DNA of 64,000 nucleotides from a virus, in IMG/VR virus record IMGVR_UViG_3300017783_000001; one strand, written 5' to 3'. Numbering within the stretch: the stretch's first letter is position 1; each line of letters opens with the position of its first letter. Position numbers and translations under genes: made by a program. Shown here one piece after another: positions 38,373 through 49,036 of the stretch. The notes beneath the pieces are model-generated. The model made no database searches, was not told the origin of the DNA, and worked only from the letters and a program-made list of their open reading frames with translations.

Positions 38373-38435
38373 AATATCCTCCGACTATTACTAGTCATTA
38401 ATTGCATAGTGATAAGTCTTTTATCACTCTAATAT

Positions 38436-38466
38436 TATTTATAACATAAAGATGTTTTCGTGTCAA
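38436..38466 (-). promoter_or_regulatory. Overlapping sigma70 (TTGACA-17-TATAAA) and late (TATAAATA) promoter for the alkB-like gene
   Basis: tgtcaa at 38461-66; tatttata at 38436-43. Confidence 0.7.
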
Positions 38467-38518
38467 GTATTTGATGTATATAATAAAATCTGAATATACT
38501 AATATTATAATTTGGGCT

Positions 38519-38550
38519 AAAAAAAAGGCGACTTTGACATCGCCTTTTTT
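38519..38550. terminator. Bidirectional Rho-independent terminator after gp23
   Basis: A-tract-GGCGA-loop-TCGCC-T-tract. Confidence 0.85.
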
Positions 38551-38585
38551 CGTAAGATTGTCTACTATACAATCGTTATTTGCAA

Positions 38586-39917
38586 TTACGCAAGGTTAAC
38601 GATTTGTACTTTTCTGTAGTATCTGTTTGAGTTCGCAGAACCAGCACCGTTAACAACAGCTGCATCGCCAGAACCAGCTTCAGCAAAAGGATTTGCTTGT
38701 AAGCCGTATCTAGTTTTGAAACCGATTTTCGGTTGGAAAGTGTCCTGACCAACTGCTCTAACCATTTGTAATGGCACATAAGGGCAGTAGAACATACCAG
38801 CGTCATAAGGTGAAGTACCTTTATAACCAACAACATAAAATTGTTTGCTTGCTTGGTTTGCACTATACGGGTCAATGTACACTTTAAATCTGCCGTTTAA
38901 TACTCCAGCAAAAGTGTTTCCTGTATCGTCAACAGATAAATTGTTGTTCAATGCAGGTGTATAGTCTAAAACACCAGCCATTTGTAATGCACTAGCAACA
39001 TCAGAAGAACAGATAATTACATTACCTTTTCCTCTTCTTGTTCTTTGTGCGATAGCGTTAGCGTCTCTTTCTAATTGGAACATAAGTCCTTTAAATCTTT
39101 CAACAGACCATCTACCGTTTGAGTCAGTATCTAAATCAAAGATACCAGCAGCAGTTGTGTCAGTTTGAGCACCTTTTTCTGAATTAACATAGATAGTTCT
39201 TACAACTTCTCTATTAATTTCAGCAAGGATTTCAGCAGAAAGAATATTCGCTAATTCAGACTCAGCGTCTAAACCGTGAATTGCTTTAAGGTCTTGTGCA
39301 AGTTCCATTGTGTACTCAGCTTTTAGAGCTCTTGACTTAGCAGTTACCGTTGACTTCTCAATTGAGAATGCCATTTCAGCAAAACTATTGTTCGCAGAGT
39401 CTCCTAATGCTTCTGCTGTCGCAGTAGCCATTCCACCTTCAGCAGTGTATGCCCCAGGTGATGAGTCGTTAAGTACAGCAGGATTTGTTTCTCCAGCAGA
39501 TGATGTTCCGGCAGAACCAGGTACATTCGCTGTAGTTTTCGCAGCTGAGAATTGTGATTCAGCTTCGTCAAATAATGCTTCAGTTCCGTTTTGAGCCTTA
39601 AATCTGCTTCTCATTGCAAAGATAAGTCCAGTTGGACCAGACATTGGTTGAACGCCGGCAATATCGTAAGCGATAAGGTTCGGCATAGCTCTTCTAACTA
39701 AACTAATTAGGATTGGATCCCAGTTAGCAATAGATGAACCAGTAGCGTTAGTAGGCGCAGTTTCAGTCATAAACTGAGCGTCTTCTTTTAGTGCTTTCTC
39801 TTGGTTTTCAAGGATAACACTGGTAACAGCTCGTTTATAAGTATCCGTGATTTTTGGTAAATCAGGATGCTCTAATACTGGCTGCCACTTTTTTTGGTAG
39901 TTTTCAGATAAGTACAT
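38586..39917 (-). CDS. gp23: Major capsid protein
   Basis: LVRRAMPNL, GVQPMSGPTGLIFAMR, ELAQDLKAIHGLDAE, FQPKIGFKTRYG. Confidence 0.98.
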   Translation of the reverse strand: MYLSENYQKKWQPVLEHPDLPKITDTYKRAVTSVILENQEKALKEDAQFMTETAPTNATGSSIANWDPILISLVRRAMPNLIAYDIAGVQPMSGPTGLIFAMRSRFKAQNGTEALFDEAESQFSAAKTTANVPGSAGTSSAGETNPAVLNDSSPGAYTAEGGMATATAEALGDSANNSFAEMAFSIEKSTVTAKSRALKAEYTMELAQDLKAIHGLDAESELANILSAEILAEINREVVRTIYVNSEKGAQTDTTAAGIFDLDTDSNGRWSVERFKGLMFQLERDANAIAQRTRRGKGNVIICSSDVASALQMAGVLDYTPALNNNLSVDDTGNTFAGVLNGRFKVYIDPYSANQASKQFYVVGYKGTSPYDAGMFYCPYVPLQMVRAVGQDTFQPKIGFKTRYGLQANPFAEAGSGDAAVVNGAGSANSNRYYRKVQIVNLA

Positions 39918-39959
39918 ATCTTGTTCCTCTCTCCTATTATTATTTTATTAACTTGAACA

Positions 39960-41129
39960 TTAAAGTTTCAAGTCTTTTGTTTTACTAATAGCGGTAGTAT
40001 AAGCAGCCATTGCATTAGATAAATCTTGTGTAGAATCTACACCGCCATTATCAGCTACCGCATTATCTACTTCGCTGTCAGAATTAGCTTCTTTTTTAGC
40101 ACCAAAATAACTTTCTTTGATAGTAGTTACCTTGTTTCTAAAATCTTCACCGTTTGAAAATTCAACCGCTTCAGTTAGTTTAGCAAATTTCTCTTTAGAG
40201 ACATCTGTTAAATCCGAAGCAACATCAGCTAAAATGTCAGATTTTTCAAGTAAGTTAGTCTTACTATTCAATTCAACATTTTTCGCAATCTGTTCGTTAA
40301 GTTTAGTTTCTAACGATTCGATTTTTGAAGCTTGGTCTTCTAACACATCATATTTTTCATCAGGTACATCTATATAGTGGTCTTCAAAAAGTTTTTTCAG
40401 ACCAGAAATAAAGTCCTCAGCAATTTCGCCCTTGATACCTTTTTCAATAGCAAGTTCGTTTTCTTTCATCCACTCGTTGACAACATAGTTCAAATAATTG
40501 TCTACCTTCTCAACTAGTTCAGATTTAGCTTTAGAGCTTTCTTCTTCAAATTTCTTATTATAGTCTACTTCCATTTCTTCAGCAATTTCTTTTACTTTAC
40601 TAGTAATTGCAGCTTCAAAAATAGTAGCAGCCTTTGTTTTAAATTCTTCGGACAAGTCTGATTCACCAGAGGTCAAAGCGTCAATGTGTTCTTTTACATC
40701 AATGTCTTTAGCTTTCTGGTCAGTAGATTCCTCAGATTTTTCAGCAGATTTAGCGTCTTTAGTTTCAGCTTCAGATTCTTTTTTCATCTTATAGCCTTCT
40801 TCTTTTGACTCTTTATCTTTCTTTTTATCTAGGAATTTTTTCAGACCGTCAGGCATTTCTCCCTCGGAAATCTTCTCGCCTTCAGAATCAGTTTCTTCCT
40901 TCTTTACAGAAGGCATTGGATCCGCACTACCAGAATTTTTCTGTTGAGCGTCACCTGAAACTTCTTTAACTTTTTTAGTTGCGTCTGGATTACTATCTGT
41001 AGGTTTTACTACAGCAGCACCTAAATCTTCAGCACTATTAGATAGTGGTGAAGTTTCAGCAGCTACAGCGTTCTTTTTAGGAGCGTCTGGAGCCGTCATT
41101 TCTACAACCTGTTTTTCTGTCTCGGCCAT
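39960..41129 (-). CDS. gp22: Prohead core scaffold protein
   Basis: LSEEFKTKAATIFEAA, YLNYVVNEW; late promoter at 41189-96. Confidence 0.93.
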   Translation of the reverse strand: MAETEKQVVEMTAPDAPKKNAVAAETSPLSNSAEDLGAAVVKPTDSNPDATKKVKEVSGDAQQKNSGSADPMPSVKKEETDSEGEKISEGEMPDGLKKFLDKKKDKESKEEGYKMKKESEAETKDAKSAEKSEESTDQKAKDIDVKEHIDALTSGESDLSEEFKTKAATIFEAAITSKVKEIAEEMEVDYNKKFEEESSKAKSELVEKVDNYLNYVVNEWMKENELAIEKGIKGEIAEDFISGLKKLFEDHYIDVPDEKYDVLEDQASKIESLETKLNEQIAKNVELNSKTNLLEKSDILADVASDLTDVSKEKFAKLTEAVEFSNGEDFRNKVTTIKESYFGAKKEANSDSEVDNAVADNGGVDSTQDLSNAMAAYTTAISKTKDLKL

Positions 41130-41199
41130 ATTGAAGTTCTCCTTATTTCTTTTAAAAAAAATAATTATTTTCTTGTTTTGTTATAAGATATTTATAATA

Positions 41200-41847
41200 T
41201 TACAATCCTTTAAGGAACTTACTAAATACCTCTGCTTTTGCTTCGGCAAGTTTTAGTCTTTTTGCTTCCTTAATGTATTGTTTATACTCTTCAATATCTC
41301 TTTCTTTTATTACACCATTATCCCAAACCCACTCTTTTCCTTCCATAATTCCTTCTACGAAAGCGTCTGGAGCACTCGGGTCTGCTACAATGTCAGCTGC
41401 AGTTGCAAGATAAAAGTCATTTCCTACTCTTGCCTCACCACCACGACTTCTCTCTAATGAACCCATACCACGAGAAGAAACGCCTAACTTAGCGCCTTCA
41501 TCTATAAGATTTTTTACAATCTTTCCGTAGGGTGTGTCCATTATCTTTGCTTCACCGATAAAGTTGTTACCGTCTGGATAGAGTTTTGTAATCATATGAC
41601 TTACTCTTTCCAAGTTAACCGTTGGTCCATCAGGATGTCCTAATTCACCAAACGCTCTTTTCTGTTCCACAAATTCTTTGTTATATCTACTAACTTCGTT
41701 AGATAGTGTTTCTTTAGGATAGACTCTACCATTTCTGTTTTTGATTTCAGATTGTAAAAATACACCACGAATTTTGTAATTCGTTTTACCTTTAACTTCT
41801 TCGGTAATGTATTCTACATTTTCTAAAGTTTCTGTAATTAATTTCAT
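41200..41847 (-). CDS. gp21: Prohead protease
   Basis: NRNGRVY, GELGHP, GVSSRGMGS, DIVADPSAPDA; late promoter at 41873-80. Confidence 0.96.
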   Translation of the reverse strand: MKLITETLENVEYITEEVKGKTNYKIRGVFLQSEIKNRNGRVYPKETLSNEVSRYNKEFVEQKRAFGELGHPDGPTVNLERVSHMITKLYPDGNNFIGEAKIMDTPYGKIVKNLIDEGAKLGVSSRGMGSLERSRGGEARVGNDFYLATAADIVADPSAPDAFVEGIMEGKEWVWDNGVIKERDIEEYKQYIKEAKRLKLAEAKAEVFSKFLKGL

Positions 41848-41887
41848 AATAGTTTATCTCTCTCTTTCCTAATATTTATAATAATTC

Positions 41888-42283
41888 TTATCTAAATTCA
41901 ACAACAATCGTATAATTATCGTTCAATGCAAAGTCTTTAGTACTTAAATAGACAAAACCGTTAGGGTTTGTCGCATTATTTACTATGTCATTTCCAGCAT
42001 CCCTAAAGTCTAAATACCCTTGTCCTGATAATAATAATGATGTTGTATTTTCAGTAGCGCCTCCCCAAGCAATCTCTACTGCTGATTTTCTGTTTGCAGT
42101 ATTAATAGAATACCACACTTTTGCAATCTCTTTAGTACCATCTGCTGTCATAAAGTTAGAAGTTGTAGGATTAGCAATCACGGTGTTTGTTTCACCTGTG
42201 CCGTCAGAATAGTTAGTTTGTTTTACAACATACTTAACACCTGCTGTATCCGATACTATCTGTTGTGTTACCAAATCTGCCAT
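41888..42283 (-). CDS. Hypothetical virion-associated protein
   Basis: Located in the head operon; beta-rich; ends in YTIVVEFR. Confidence 0.6.
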   Translation of the reverse strand: MADLVTQQIVSDTAGVKYVVKQTNYSDGTGETNTVIANPTTSNFMTADGTKEIAKVWYSINTANRKSAVEIAWGGATENTTSLLLSGQGYLDFRDAGNDIVNNATNPNGFVYLSTKDFALNDNYTIVVEFR

Positions 42284-42284
42284 T

Positions 42285-42626
42285 TTATTTTGTCTCCGTT
42301 TCTTTCTGTACTTCTACAGCCATATTAAATTTTGAAACATTAGCGTCTGTCGTAATCTCTAAAGTAGTTGCCGTATTTAATTCTTGTTCAATTACTTTAC
42401 GAGCTTCACCTTCTTTTAATCCCCAATTACCAAACCCTGTTAAACTTAAAGATTGGTCTCCGAGTTTAAGAGTCGCTGTGCCTGTTCCTCTAATTTCATA
42501 ATATACATTCGCTAAAGATACAGATTGACCAGCAGAATATAATGTTCCGCTTTCGTTGTCCGCACCACTAGCCGTAATAATAGCTTTAGTGGTATCGTCT
42601 ACCTTTGAGACAATACTTAATGCCAT
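42285..42626 (-). CDS. Hypothetical virion-associated protein, possible paralogue of 41888-42283
   Basis: Shared pattern V(W/Y)Y...L(S/T)G.G. Confidence 0.55.
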   Translation of the reverse strand: MALSIVSKVDDTTKAIITASGADNESGTLYSAGQSVSLANVYYEIRGTGTATLKLGDQSLSLTGFGNWGLKEGEARKVIEQELNTATTLEITTDANVSKFNMAVEVQKETETK

Positions 42627-42630
42627 CTAA

Positions 42631-42867
42631 TTACTCCGAAAAATATGTTGTCAATGCAGTCTCTACATCGCTATCGCCTGAAGCAACTTCTGTGATTTTA
42701 GTTTCAATAATGTCAACTAAATCTTGTGGTTGCGTCCAATCAATTGCGTCAAGGCCACTTACTAAAGTTTCTACACTAGTTTTCATCGCTGGTGATAGAG
42801 CGTTATATCTATCGTTTTTGATGTAACCAGATGTATTACCTACAATACTTGATACCGTTAATGCCAT
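42631..42867 (-). CDS. Hypothetical acidic protein
   Basis: ORF with AGGAG RBS in the head operon. Confidence 0.6.
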   Translation of the reverse strand: MALTVSSIVGNTSGYIKNDRYNALSPAMKTSVETLVSGLDAIDWTQPQDLVDIIETKITEVASGDSDVETALTTYFSE

Positions 42868-42869
42868 TT

Positions 42870-43202
42870 TTATTCTCCTGTGTTATCAGGTGTTGCCTGA
42901 TTAAATGCTTGTTGTACTTCGTCTTGTGTAGCACTTTGTCCAATAGGTGTAGCAACATCAGGTTTTGCGTCTGAATGGTCTTCAGCAGCATTTGTAGTAT
43001 CAACTACATCTGTTGCCTGTCCAGTCATAACATCAGCCGCACTTTGAAATAGAGAAGAAGCATATTCTTTTCTACTTGTATCTAATGCGTCTCCGACTTT
43101 ATCTCTTAAAGCGTCTTTAAAAGCGTCACCGGCTTCTGCGTTATTGCCTTTTGCTAATTGGTCTACAAAAGTATCTACTTTACTTATTTCATTGTCTGCC
43201 AT
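42870..43202 (-). CDS. Prohead core protein (gp67-like position)
   Basis: Acidic, follows the portal gene; AGDAFKDALRDKV...ASSLF. Confidence 0.6.
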   Translation of the reverse strand: MADNEISKVDTFVDQLAKGNNAEAGDAFKDALRDKVGDALDTSRKEYASSLFQSAADVMTGQATDVVDTTNAAEDHSDAKPDVATPIGQSATQDEVQQAFNQATPDNTGE

Positions 43203-43222
43203 TTTATTTTCTCCTTATTATA

Positions 43223-44743
43223 TTACATAATGTCGTTATCGTCAGGTACACTAGTTTGTGGAGCTGCGATAAGACCATCATCAATTTCTTTTTTAATTTG
43301 ATTATCAATTTGTTCAATTTCTCTTTCAGATTGTTTTAAAATACTTTGTCGTACAAATTTTACACTAAAGTATTTACCAACATAATCTCTCACATCATTT
43401 GCTAATGCTATTCTTTCTCTTAATAGTTCAGCGTCTTTCAGTTCCGAGAAATGACCGTCAGCAAGAAAATCATATTTAATTTTTTCACTTATTGACTGCC
43501 AATCTTCTTCATTTATAACTGCTTTTAAAACTAATTGAGTTCTAAGCAAGTCATTAAATAAATCTGTAAATTTCTTTCTTAATCTATGTACAAACTTTGT
43601 AAATTTAAGTTCGTCTCTTGTGATTTCAGTTGTTCTACCTAAATTGAAACCTTGACTTCCTTCTAATCTACTTACTGGTACATTTAAACTTCTGTATAAT
43701 TTTTTCTGGAAGTATTCAATATCAGATACTTCACCTAGGTTTTGTCCACCAGGTAATGTAGTAATATCAGTTCCTCTTCCACCTTCTCTACTAGGTAACC
43801 AAAAGTCTTCAAGCATAGACATATAGTTTCTATCGTCTCTAATCTCTCCTGTACTTGCGTCATAGACAAGTTTGTTTCTGTATCTTGCCATAACATCACG
43901 GAGATATTGCTCTGCTTTTACTTTAGGTAAATTACCTACATCAATTTTAAATATTCTTCTTTCAGGTGCTCTTGCAATTCTGTAAATAACAACAGCGTCT
44001 TCAATCATTCTTAATTGATTGACAGGTTTAATTGCCTTGTGCATATAACCCATAACCATATTCTTGTTCAAGTCTACTAATCCACTTGGACAAAATGAGA
44101 TAGCGTCTGTGGCAATCTTAATACCACCACTTGCCATACCAGGTCCTGCAACACCTTTTTCATTGTATAAAAAATATTCGTTGTAGTCGTGTACCACTTG
44201 TATGTTTGCCATAGCAACTGGACGACCTTTTTTAATCTCTCGTATTTTTTTAATCTTACGAGGATCAATATATCTTAATTCTGTTATACCTTTTACAGGT
44301 GATTCTCTATCAATAACTTTATGATAGTAAATTCTTCCATCAACATACCATCTTCTGAATATGTCGTGTCCTTTTGTACTAAAGTTCATTAACCTTAGAA
44401 TTTCTTTAAATTCATCTTCAACCTTACGCTTAACTTTATCGCTAAAGTCCGTGTCAGATAAATCTACTCGCACCGGGTCTCTATCTATCTCGTTTGCTAC
44501 TATAGCCTCGTTGACAATATCTTCAACAGCCATATCACATTCAGGATGGATTGAAATCTCTCTATACCTTCTAATTAAGTCTTGCTCTGTCTTGGCATTA
44601 CCTTCCATATCAAGGTATTGTCCAAAGTAACCTCCGGCAGCGACGGTTTGTGTACCGTCATCTGCCTTAGGTTGAGTAAAACTTTGCTTCGGGTCTGGAG
44701 TATCTTTAACTCTAGTAATTTGAAAACCGAAAAGTTCCGCCAT
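43223..44743 (-). CDS. gp20: Portal protein
   Basis: FRRWYVDGR, YRIARAPERRIF, EDFWLPSREG, ITRDELKF. Confidence 0.97.
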   Translation of the reverse strand: MAELFGFQITRVKDTPDPKQSFTQPKADDGTQTVAAGGYFGQYLDMEGNAKTEQDLIRRYREISIHPECDMAVEDIVNEAIVANEIDRDPVRVDLSDTDFSDKVKRKVEDEFKEILRLMNFSTKGHDIFRRWYVDGRIYYHKVIDRESPVKGITELRYIDPRKIKKIREIKKGRPVAMANIQVVHDYNEYFLYNEKGVAGPGMASGGIKIATDAISFCPSGLVDLNKNMVMGYMHKAIKPVNQLRMIEDAVVIYRIARAPERRIFKIDVGNLPKVKAEQYLRDVMARYRNKLVYDASTGEIRDDRNYMSMLEDFWLPSREGGRGTDITTLPGGQNLGEVSDIEYFQKKLYRSLNVPVSRLEGSQGFNLGRTTEITRDELKFTKFVHRLRKKFTDLFNDLLRTQLVLKAVINEEDWQSISEKIKYDFLADGHFSELKDAELLRERIALANDVRDYVGKYFSVKFVRQSILKQSEREIEQIDNQIKKEIDDGLIAAPQTSVPDDNDIM

Positions 44744-44790
44744 TATAATTTCCTCACAAGTTTACTTTTTATTATATATTTATTCAACTA

Positions 44791-45318
44791 TTAAGTAGTC
44801 GTTCTTGCTTCAAAGAAAAGGTATCTAAACGATACTTCAAATGTTTCAACTGCTTCTGTTGGTTCCATATTCAAATCAATAGCACCAATTGAAGTTGGGA
44901 AACAACTTCTTAAAGTGTATGATTTAATAGTAGAGCCATTTCTGTCTAAATGGTCAATAAATGCGTCTACTTGATAATCTACTGGATTAACTAATCCTTC
45001 GTTATCAGACATATTATTGATTCCATTTTGCCATCTTTCAAAAGCGTCTCTTAATTTAAAGTTTGTGTCGTTAAGTACCGTAATCGTCCAAGGTTCAAAG
45101 TTTCTATCAGCCGCCAAATATACAGGTCTTCCACGGAAGTTAACCGTAGTAGTTCCAATATTCATTGCCGGAATTGTAGTTGTTTGACATAAGAACGCCA
45201 ATTCTTCTGTTTCTCCACCAACTTGTGCATAACCAGGGAAAGGCATTGTTACCTTAAATTGGTTTGCTCTAGCGCCGCCGCCAGCAAGTTTAGTTTTGAA
45301 GTCATTAATGTTTGCCAT
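44791..45318 (-). CDS. gp19: Tail tube protein
   Basis: GGARANQF, WTITVLND..F..R..FERW. Confidence 0.95.
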   Translation of the reverse strand: MANINDFKTKLAGGGARANQFKVTMPFPGYAQVGGETEELAFLCQTTTIPAMNIGTTTVNFRGRPVYLAADRNFEPWTITVLNDTNFKLRDAFERWQNGINNMSDNEGLVNPVDYQVDAFIDHLDRNGSTIKSYTLRSCFPTSIGAIDLNMEPTEAVETFEVSFRYLFFEARTTT

Positions 45319-45337
45319 TTTTTATTTCTCCTCTTTA

Positions 45338-47269
45338 CTAACCTGCGACTTCTGTAAAAGCCACGCCAGTTCTTGTTGCGACAAAAGATAATGTGATAAA
45401 GTTGATACTTCTTGCTGGTTTAATGTAAATCTCAGCAATAAATTCGTTTCTATCAATTACTTCGCCTGTGTTATTAGTTTCATCACATACTACTAAAAAG
45501 TCTGTGATACCTCGTCTACCTTGTACTTCTCTTAAAAAAGGTTCTACTAGGTTTCTAAAGTTAGCTCTTGTAAACTCATCATTGAATTCAAAGAGTTGAA
45601 ATTTAGAAGCTGTAGCAATCGCCTTCTCTAAAACGATAAACAATCTTCGTACATTTATTCTATCAAATGCAGATGGTGTTGTTAGTCCAGTCTTATCACC
45701 AAACAAGATAATACCTTGACCAGGGAAAGAAACAACTGGGTTTACTCTCGCTCTGTAAAGTTCGTCTCGTTGAGTTTTGTTTGGACTATAAGCAAGTTTA
45801 ACTGCTCCTCTAATAATACCTCTGTTTAATCCAGCAGGACTAAACCAAGCGTCATTAGTTAAATCAGTTCTTGCTGACAAACCAGCCATATCTCCGTTTA
45901 ATGGTACATATCTATATACATCAGAATATCTGTCATACATATATTTGTAACCACTATCAAAGATTACATAACTAGATGATTGGATTGTATTAAAAAATCC
46001 AAGTACATTTTTAGTTTGAGTTATAGCAGAAGCAATATTAACTACATCACTTCTTTGTGGACTTGCAAATACTACACAATCTTTTCTTGTTTCAGCGATT
46101 GTAATTAAATCACCAATTAAGTTTGCGCTTGCGTTACCAGCCATAATCAATCCTACATCAACGGTTTCTGAATCTTGGAATAATTCAAATGCAGACTTTC
46201 TAGCACCGTCAGTTACCGTACCATCTAATCCACCTGTAAAGGTTAATGCGATTGGTCCTGCAACATCGGTGAAAGCAGTTGTCTTTGCTTGACCCCAAGT
46301 TGTTCCGTTTGAGTTATGGTCTCCCCAATAGATAAAAGATGATTTTCTGTAAATAACTTCTGGGTAGAAATTATTAGAACCACCACTATCTTTTGCGTCT
46401 TTAGCTTTTGATACTTTTTCGTATACTTCTAGTACTTCGCCTTTAGTTCCTGATATAGAACCATCAGCGTCTATAACAACAATGTGTAATTCATCATCAC
46501 TACCACCAGCAGTTGCTACATCTGGAGAAGTTCCAGGTGCACCACTTACTGAATCGTAATGTGACCATCTTCGTCTAACATTTGCGTTATCTACGATAAC
46601 TCTAGTTAAACCACCAGTACCAACTCTTTTCTTAATTGTAATGTCGTTAGAAGATACGGCTGTTACCTCGTATTCAATTCCGTCATCATAATCGTTAGTT
46701 GCGGCTGTTGTTGAAAATGCAATTATGTCACCAACATTAATGTTAGTTCCACTTGTCATTGTTATAGTTGTGTCGCCAACTGATACAGCACTATCGTTAA
46801 CGGTTGTTACCGCTTCTTGCTCATATGCAGTTAAAGAAGGACATACAGAAACAGATAATCCATTTCCATAAGCGCCTGCTGTTCTAGCAACAAACTCCCT
46901 ACCAGAAATACCAGTATAAGCACCATCTGCTAAGTATGTTGAGTTGTAATGGTCAGTATTTTTGACCAATACTGCTGAACCACCGTTGGTTACAGCGTTT
47001 ATAATTCCAGTGTTTTCAGTTCGTACAACTTTCAGAGCATTGGAATACTGAAGGAAAGATGAAGCAGTAAAGTACTCTTCAAAGTTGCTAGCAGTTGGTT
47101 TTCCAAAGATACTAACCAATTCTTGTTCAGAAGAGATAAGCGTTATCTCTCCAACTGGACCTCTTGTAGTATTAAAAGCAAATGCTCCAATACTAGTAGA
47201 AACAGCAGGAATTATGTTAGTTAAATCCTTTTCTTGTACGAGAACACCTGGTGATACTTGAAATGCCAT
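45338..47269 (-). CDS. gp18: Tail sheath protein
   Basis: SPGVLVQEKD, WFSPAG, FDRINVRRLF, KPARSINFI. Confidence 0.97.
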   Translation of the reverse strand: MAFQVSPGVLVQEKDLTNIIPAVSTSIGAFAFNTTRGPVGEITLISSEQELVSIFGKPTASNFEEYFTASSFLQYSNALKVVRTENTGIINAVTNGGSAVLVKNTDHYNSTYLADGAYTGISGREFVARTAGAYGNGLSVSVCPSLTAYEQEAVTTVNDSAVSVGDTTITMTSGTNINVGDIIAFSTTAATNDYDDGIEYEVTAVSSNDITIKKRVGTGGLTRVIVDNANVRRRWSHYDSVSGAPGTSPDVATAGGSDDELHIVVIDADGSISGTKGEVLEVYEKVSKAKDAKDSGGSNNFYPEVIYRKSSFIYWGDHNSNGTTWGQAKTTAFTDVAGPIALTFTGGLDGTVTDGARKSAFELFQDSETVDVGLIMAGNASANLIGDLITIAETRKDCVVFASPQRSDVVNIASAITQTKNVLGFFNTIQSSSYVIFDSGYKYMYDRYSDVYRYVPLNGDMAGLSARTDLTNDAWFSPAGLNRGIIRGAVKLAYSPNKTQRDELYRARVNPVVSFPGQGIILFGDKTGLTTPSAFDRINVRRLFIVLEKAIATASKFQLFEFNDEFTRANFRNLVEPFLREVQGRRGITDFLVVCDETNNTGEVIDRNEFIAEIYIKPARSINFITLSFVATRTGVAFTEVAG

Positions 47270-47404
47270 TAGGTTTTCTCCTCTATTTTATTGTTTGTAT
47301 TTTTATAAAAATACATAATGTTTTCCTTTGTCAAAATTCGTATTATTCATACGCCCATATTCAAATTTCTCAATCGTTTATATTTATGAAATAGGGGATC
47401 TTCA

Positions 47405-49036
47405 TTAACTACCTTTGCGTACCACGGGATGCCATACCTGTCCATATTCGTCCGAAAATGGTTGCTCTTCTGGTGTATCAACACCATTATCAACGAACCC
47501 AAACGGCGCCATATCTTGTTCTATTAACTTCTCTTGTTCTTTGTACATTTCTGCTCTGATATTTCTATCAGTCATTTCTTTAAAATACCTTTGGTTTGCA
47601 ACCCAACCTAATATAGTTAGACAAGTCATATAATCATCATTACAACCTTCTTCTGCTTGCCAACTTTGATTTTTTCTTGTAAAGGTGGACATTTCTCCGA
47701 CAATATTAAAGTCATTGATAACAAGTTTATCACTCTCAATAATTGCTTTAATATTTGCAGTACCCATTTTCTTAATCTGTTTAGTCATTCGTACACCTAA
47801 TTGTGAACCTCTTTGACTGAACATTGCACCAAGTATTTGTCCTGCTCTACCTTTTTGTGTAGTCATTAGTATATTATCATATTCTAATTCATAATGTAAA
47901 CCATCTGAAATCTGAGCGCCAATATCATTGACTTCTACAAGTATATGTGCTTTGTTAAATTGAGTACAAACTTTCGCAATCATTTCAGGAAACAATATAG
48001 GTTTAATTTCATTGTCTCTAAATGTTGCAACAACTTTATATGGTAAATCGGTTACATCAAATATAATAAACGCTGAGAAATCTTTTAGTGTACCTCTGGC
48101 AACATCAACCGTACATAAGTAAGTATGGCCTTTTATAGGTTCTTCAAAGATACTCAATCGTCCATTTGTTTTAAGTGGTGTCTTATACGGTGTCGCTTTG
48201 ATTTTAGCAGGACTGATAAGTGTATCAATACTTCCTAAAAACTCACACTCAAACTCACTAGCAAATTGAGACTCACTAGTGTTTCTTATTGTTTCTTCTT
48301 TCCACTTATTATCTCTACCTGGTACTTCTGACCAATGTACTTCAATAGGTATGTAATCGTTTTGTCCTGCTTCAGCGTCAACCCATAGTTTATAAAATTG
48401 ATTCATTCCGTGAGGAGTTGAAACAATAATAACTTTAGTTGACTTACCAGAAGTAATCGTAGGATAAACGGAACTAAAAAATTGTTCGGCAATAGTTGTA
48501 GGTACGAAAGCAAACTCGTCAAGGAAGATAATGTTATATGAACCTCCTCGTACAGCACTTGAAGATGTTGCAGCTGCTACTACTTTACTTCCATTCTCTA
48601 ATTCTATATTACCTTTATTCCAGTTTAACACACCTTGTTGTAACCATTTTGGTAAATTCTCATATGCAAGTTGTAGTCTTCCTAATATATCTCTTGCAGT
48701 AGAAGATTTGTTAGCAAGAATTGCTATATTACAATTAGGATTAAACAACGCATAGTGTAATAGATATGATATAGTTGTTGTAGACTTACCTGATTGTCTA
48801 GGTAGTTTACAAATCGTAAATCTATTTTCGTGTATTGTATTTACAATTTTTTCTTGGAAAGGATACATATCAAAAGGTACTAGTCCTTCGTCAAGTGAAA
48901 CAATTTGTACATACTTCTTCATAAAGTATATAGGATTATTTTCACACTTCTTAAACTCTTTAATCTCGTCCGAAGTAAACTCTTGTGGTGTGTTTACTTT
49001 TTTTAGATTAGGGTTACCTAGATATGCGTCTGACAT
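47405..49036 (-). CDS. gp17: Terminase large subunit
   Basis: YLGNPNLK, PRQSGKST, IFLDEFAF, STPHG. Confidence 0.97.
   Translation of the reverse strand: MSDAYLGNPNLKKVNTPQEFTSDEIKEFKKCENNPIYFMKKYVQIVSLDEGLVPFDMYPFQEKIVNTIHENRFTICKLPRQSGKSTTTISYLLHYALFNPNCNIAILANKSSTARDILGRLQLAYENLPKWLQQGVLNWNKGNIELENGSKVVAAATSSSAVRGGSYNIIFLDEFAFVPTTIAEQFFSSVYPTITSGKSTKVIIVSTPHGMNQFYKLWVDAEAGQNDYIPIEVHWSEVPGRDNKWKEETIRNTSESQFASEFECEFLGSIDTLISPAKIKATPYKTPLKTNGRLSIFEEPIKGHTYLCTVDVARGTLKDFSAFIIFDVTDLPYKVVATFRDNEIKPILFPEMIAKVCTQFNKAHILVEVNDIGAQISDGLHYELEYDNILMTTQKGRAGQILGAMFSQRGSQLGVRMTKQIKKMGTANIKAIIESDKLVINDFNIVGEMSTFTRKNQSWQAEEGCNDDYMTCLTILGWVANQRYFKEMTDRNIRAEMYKEQEKLIEQDMAPFGFVDNGVDTPEEQPFSDEYGQVWHPVVRKGS

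Noticed and set aside
38408-38428. Fur box upstream of the alkB-like gene
   Set aside because: TGATAA-N5-TTATCA spacing does not fit the 7-1-7 Fur consensus; kept only as an unassigned inverted repeat.
38576-38875. Alternative-frame minus ORF overlapping the 3' end of gp23 (and similar nested ORFs in gp20, uvsW and the fibre genes)
   Set aside because: Off-frame by-products of codon bias; no slippery site or RBS identified.
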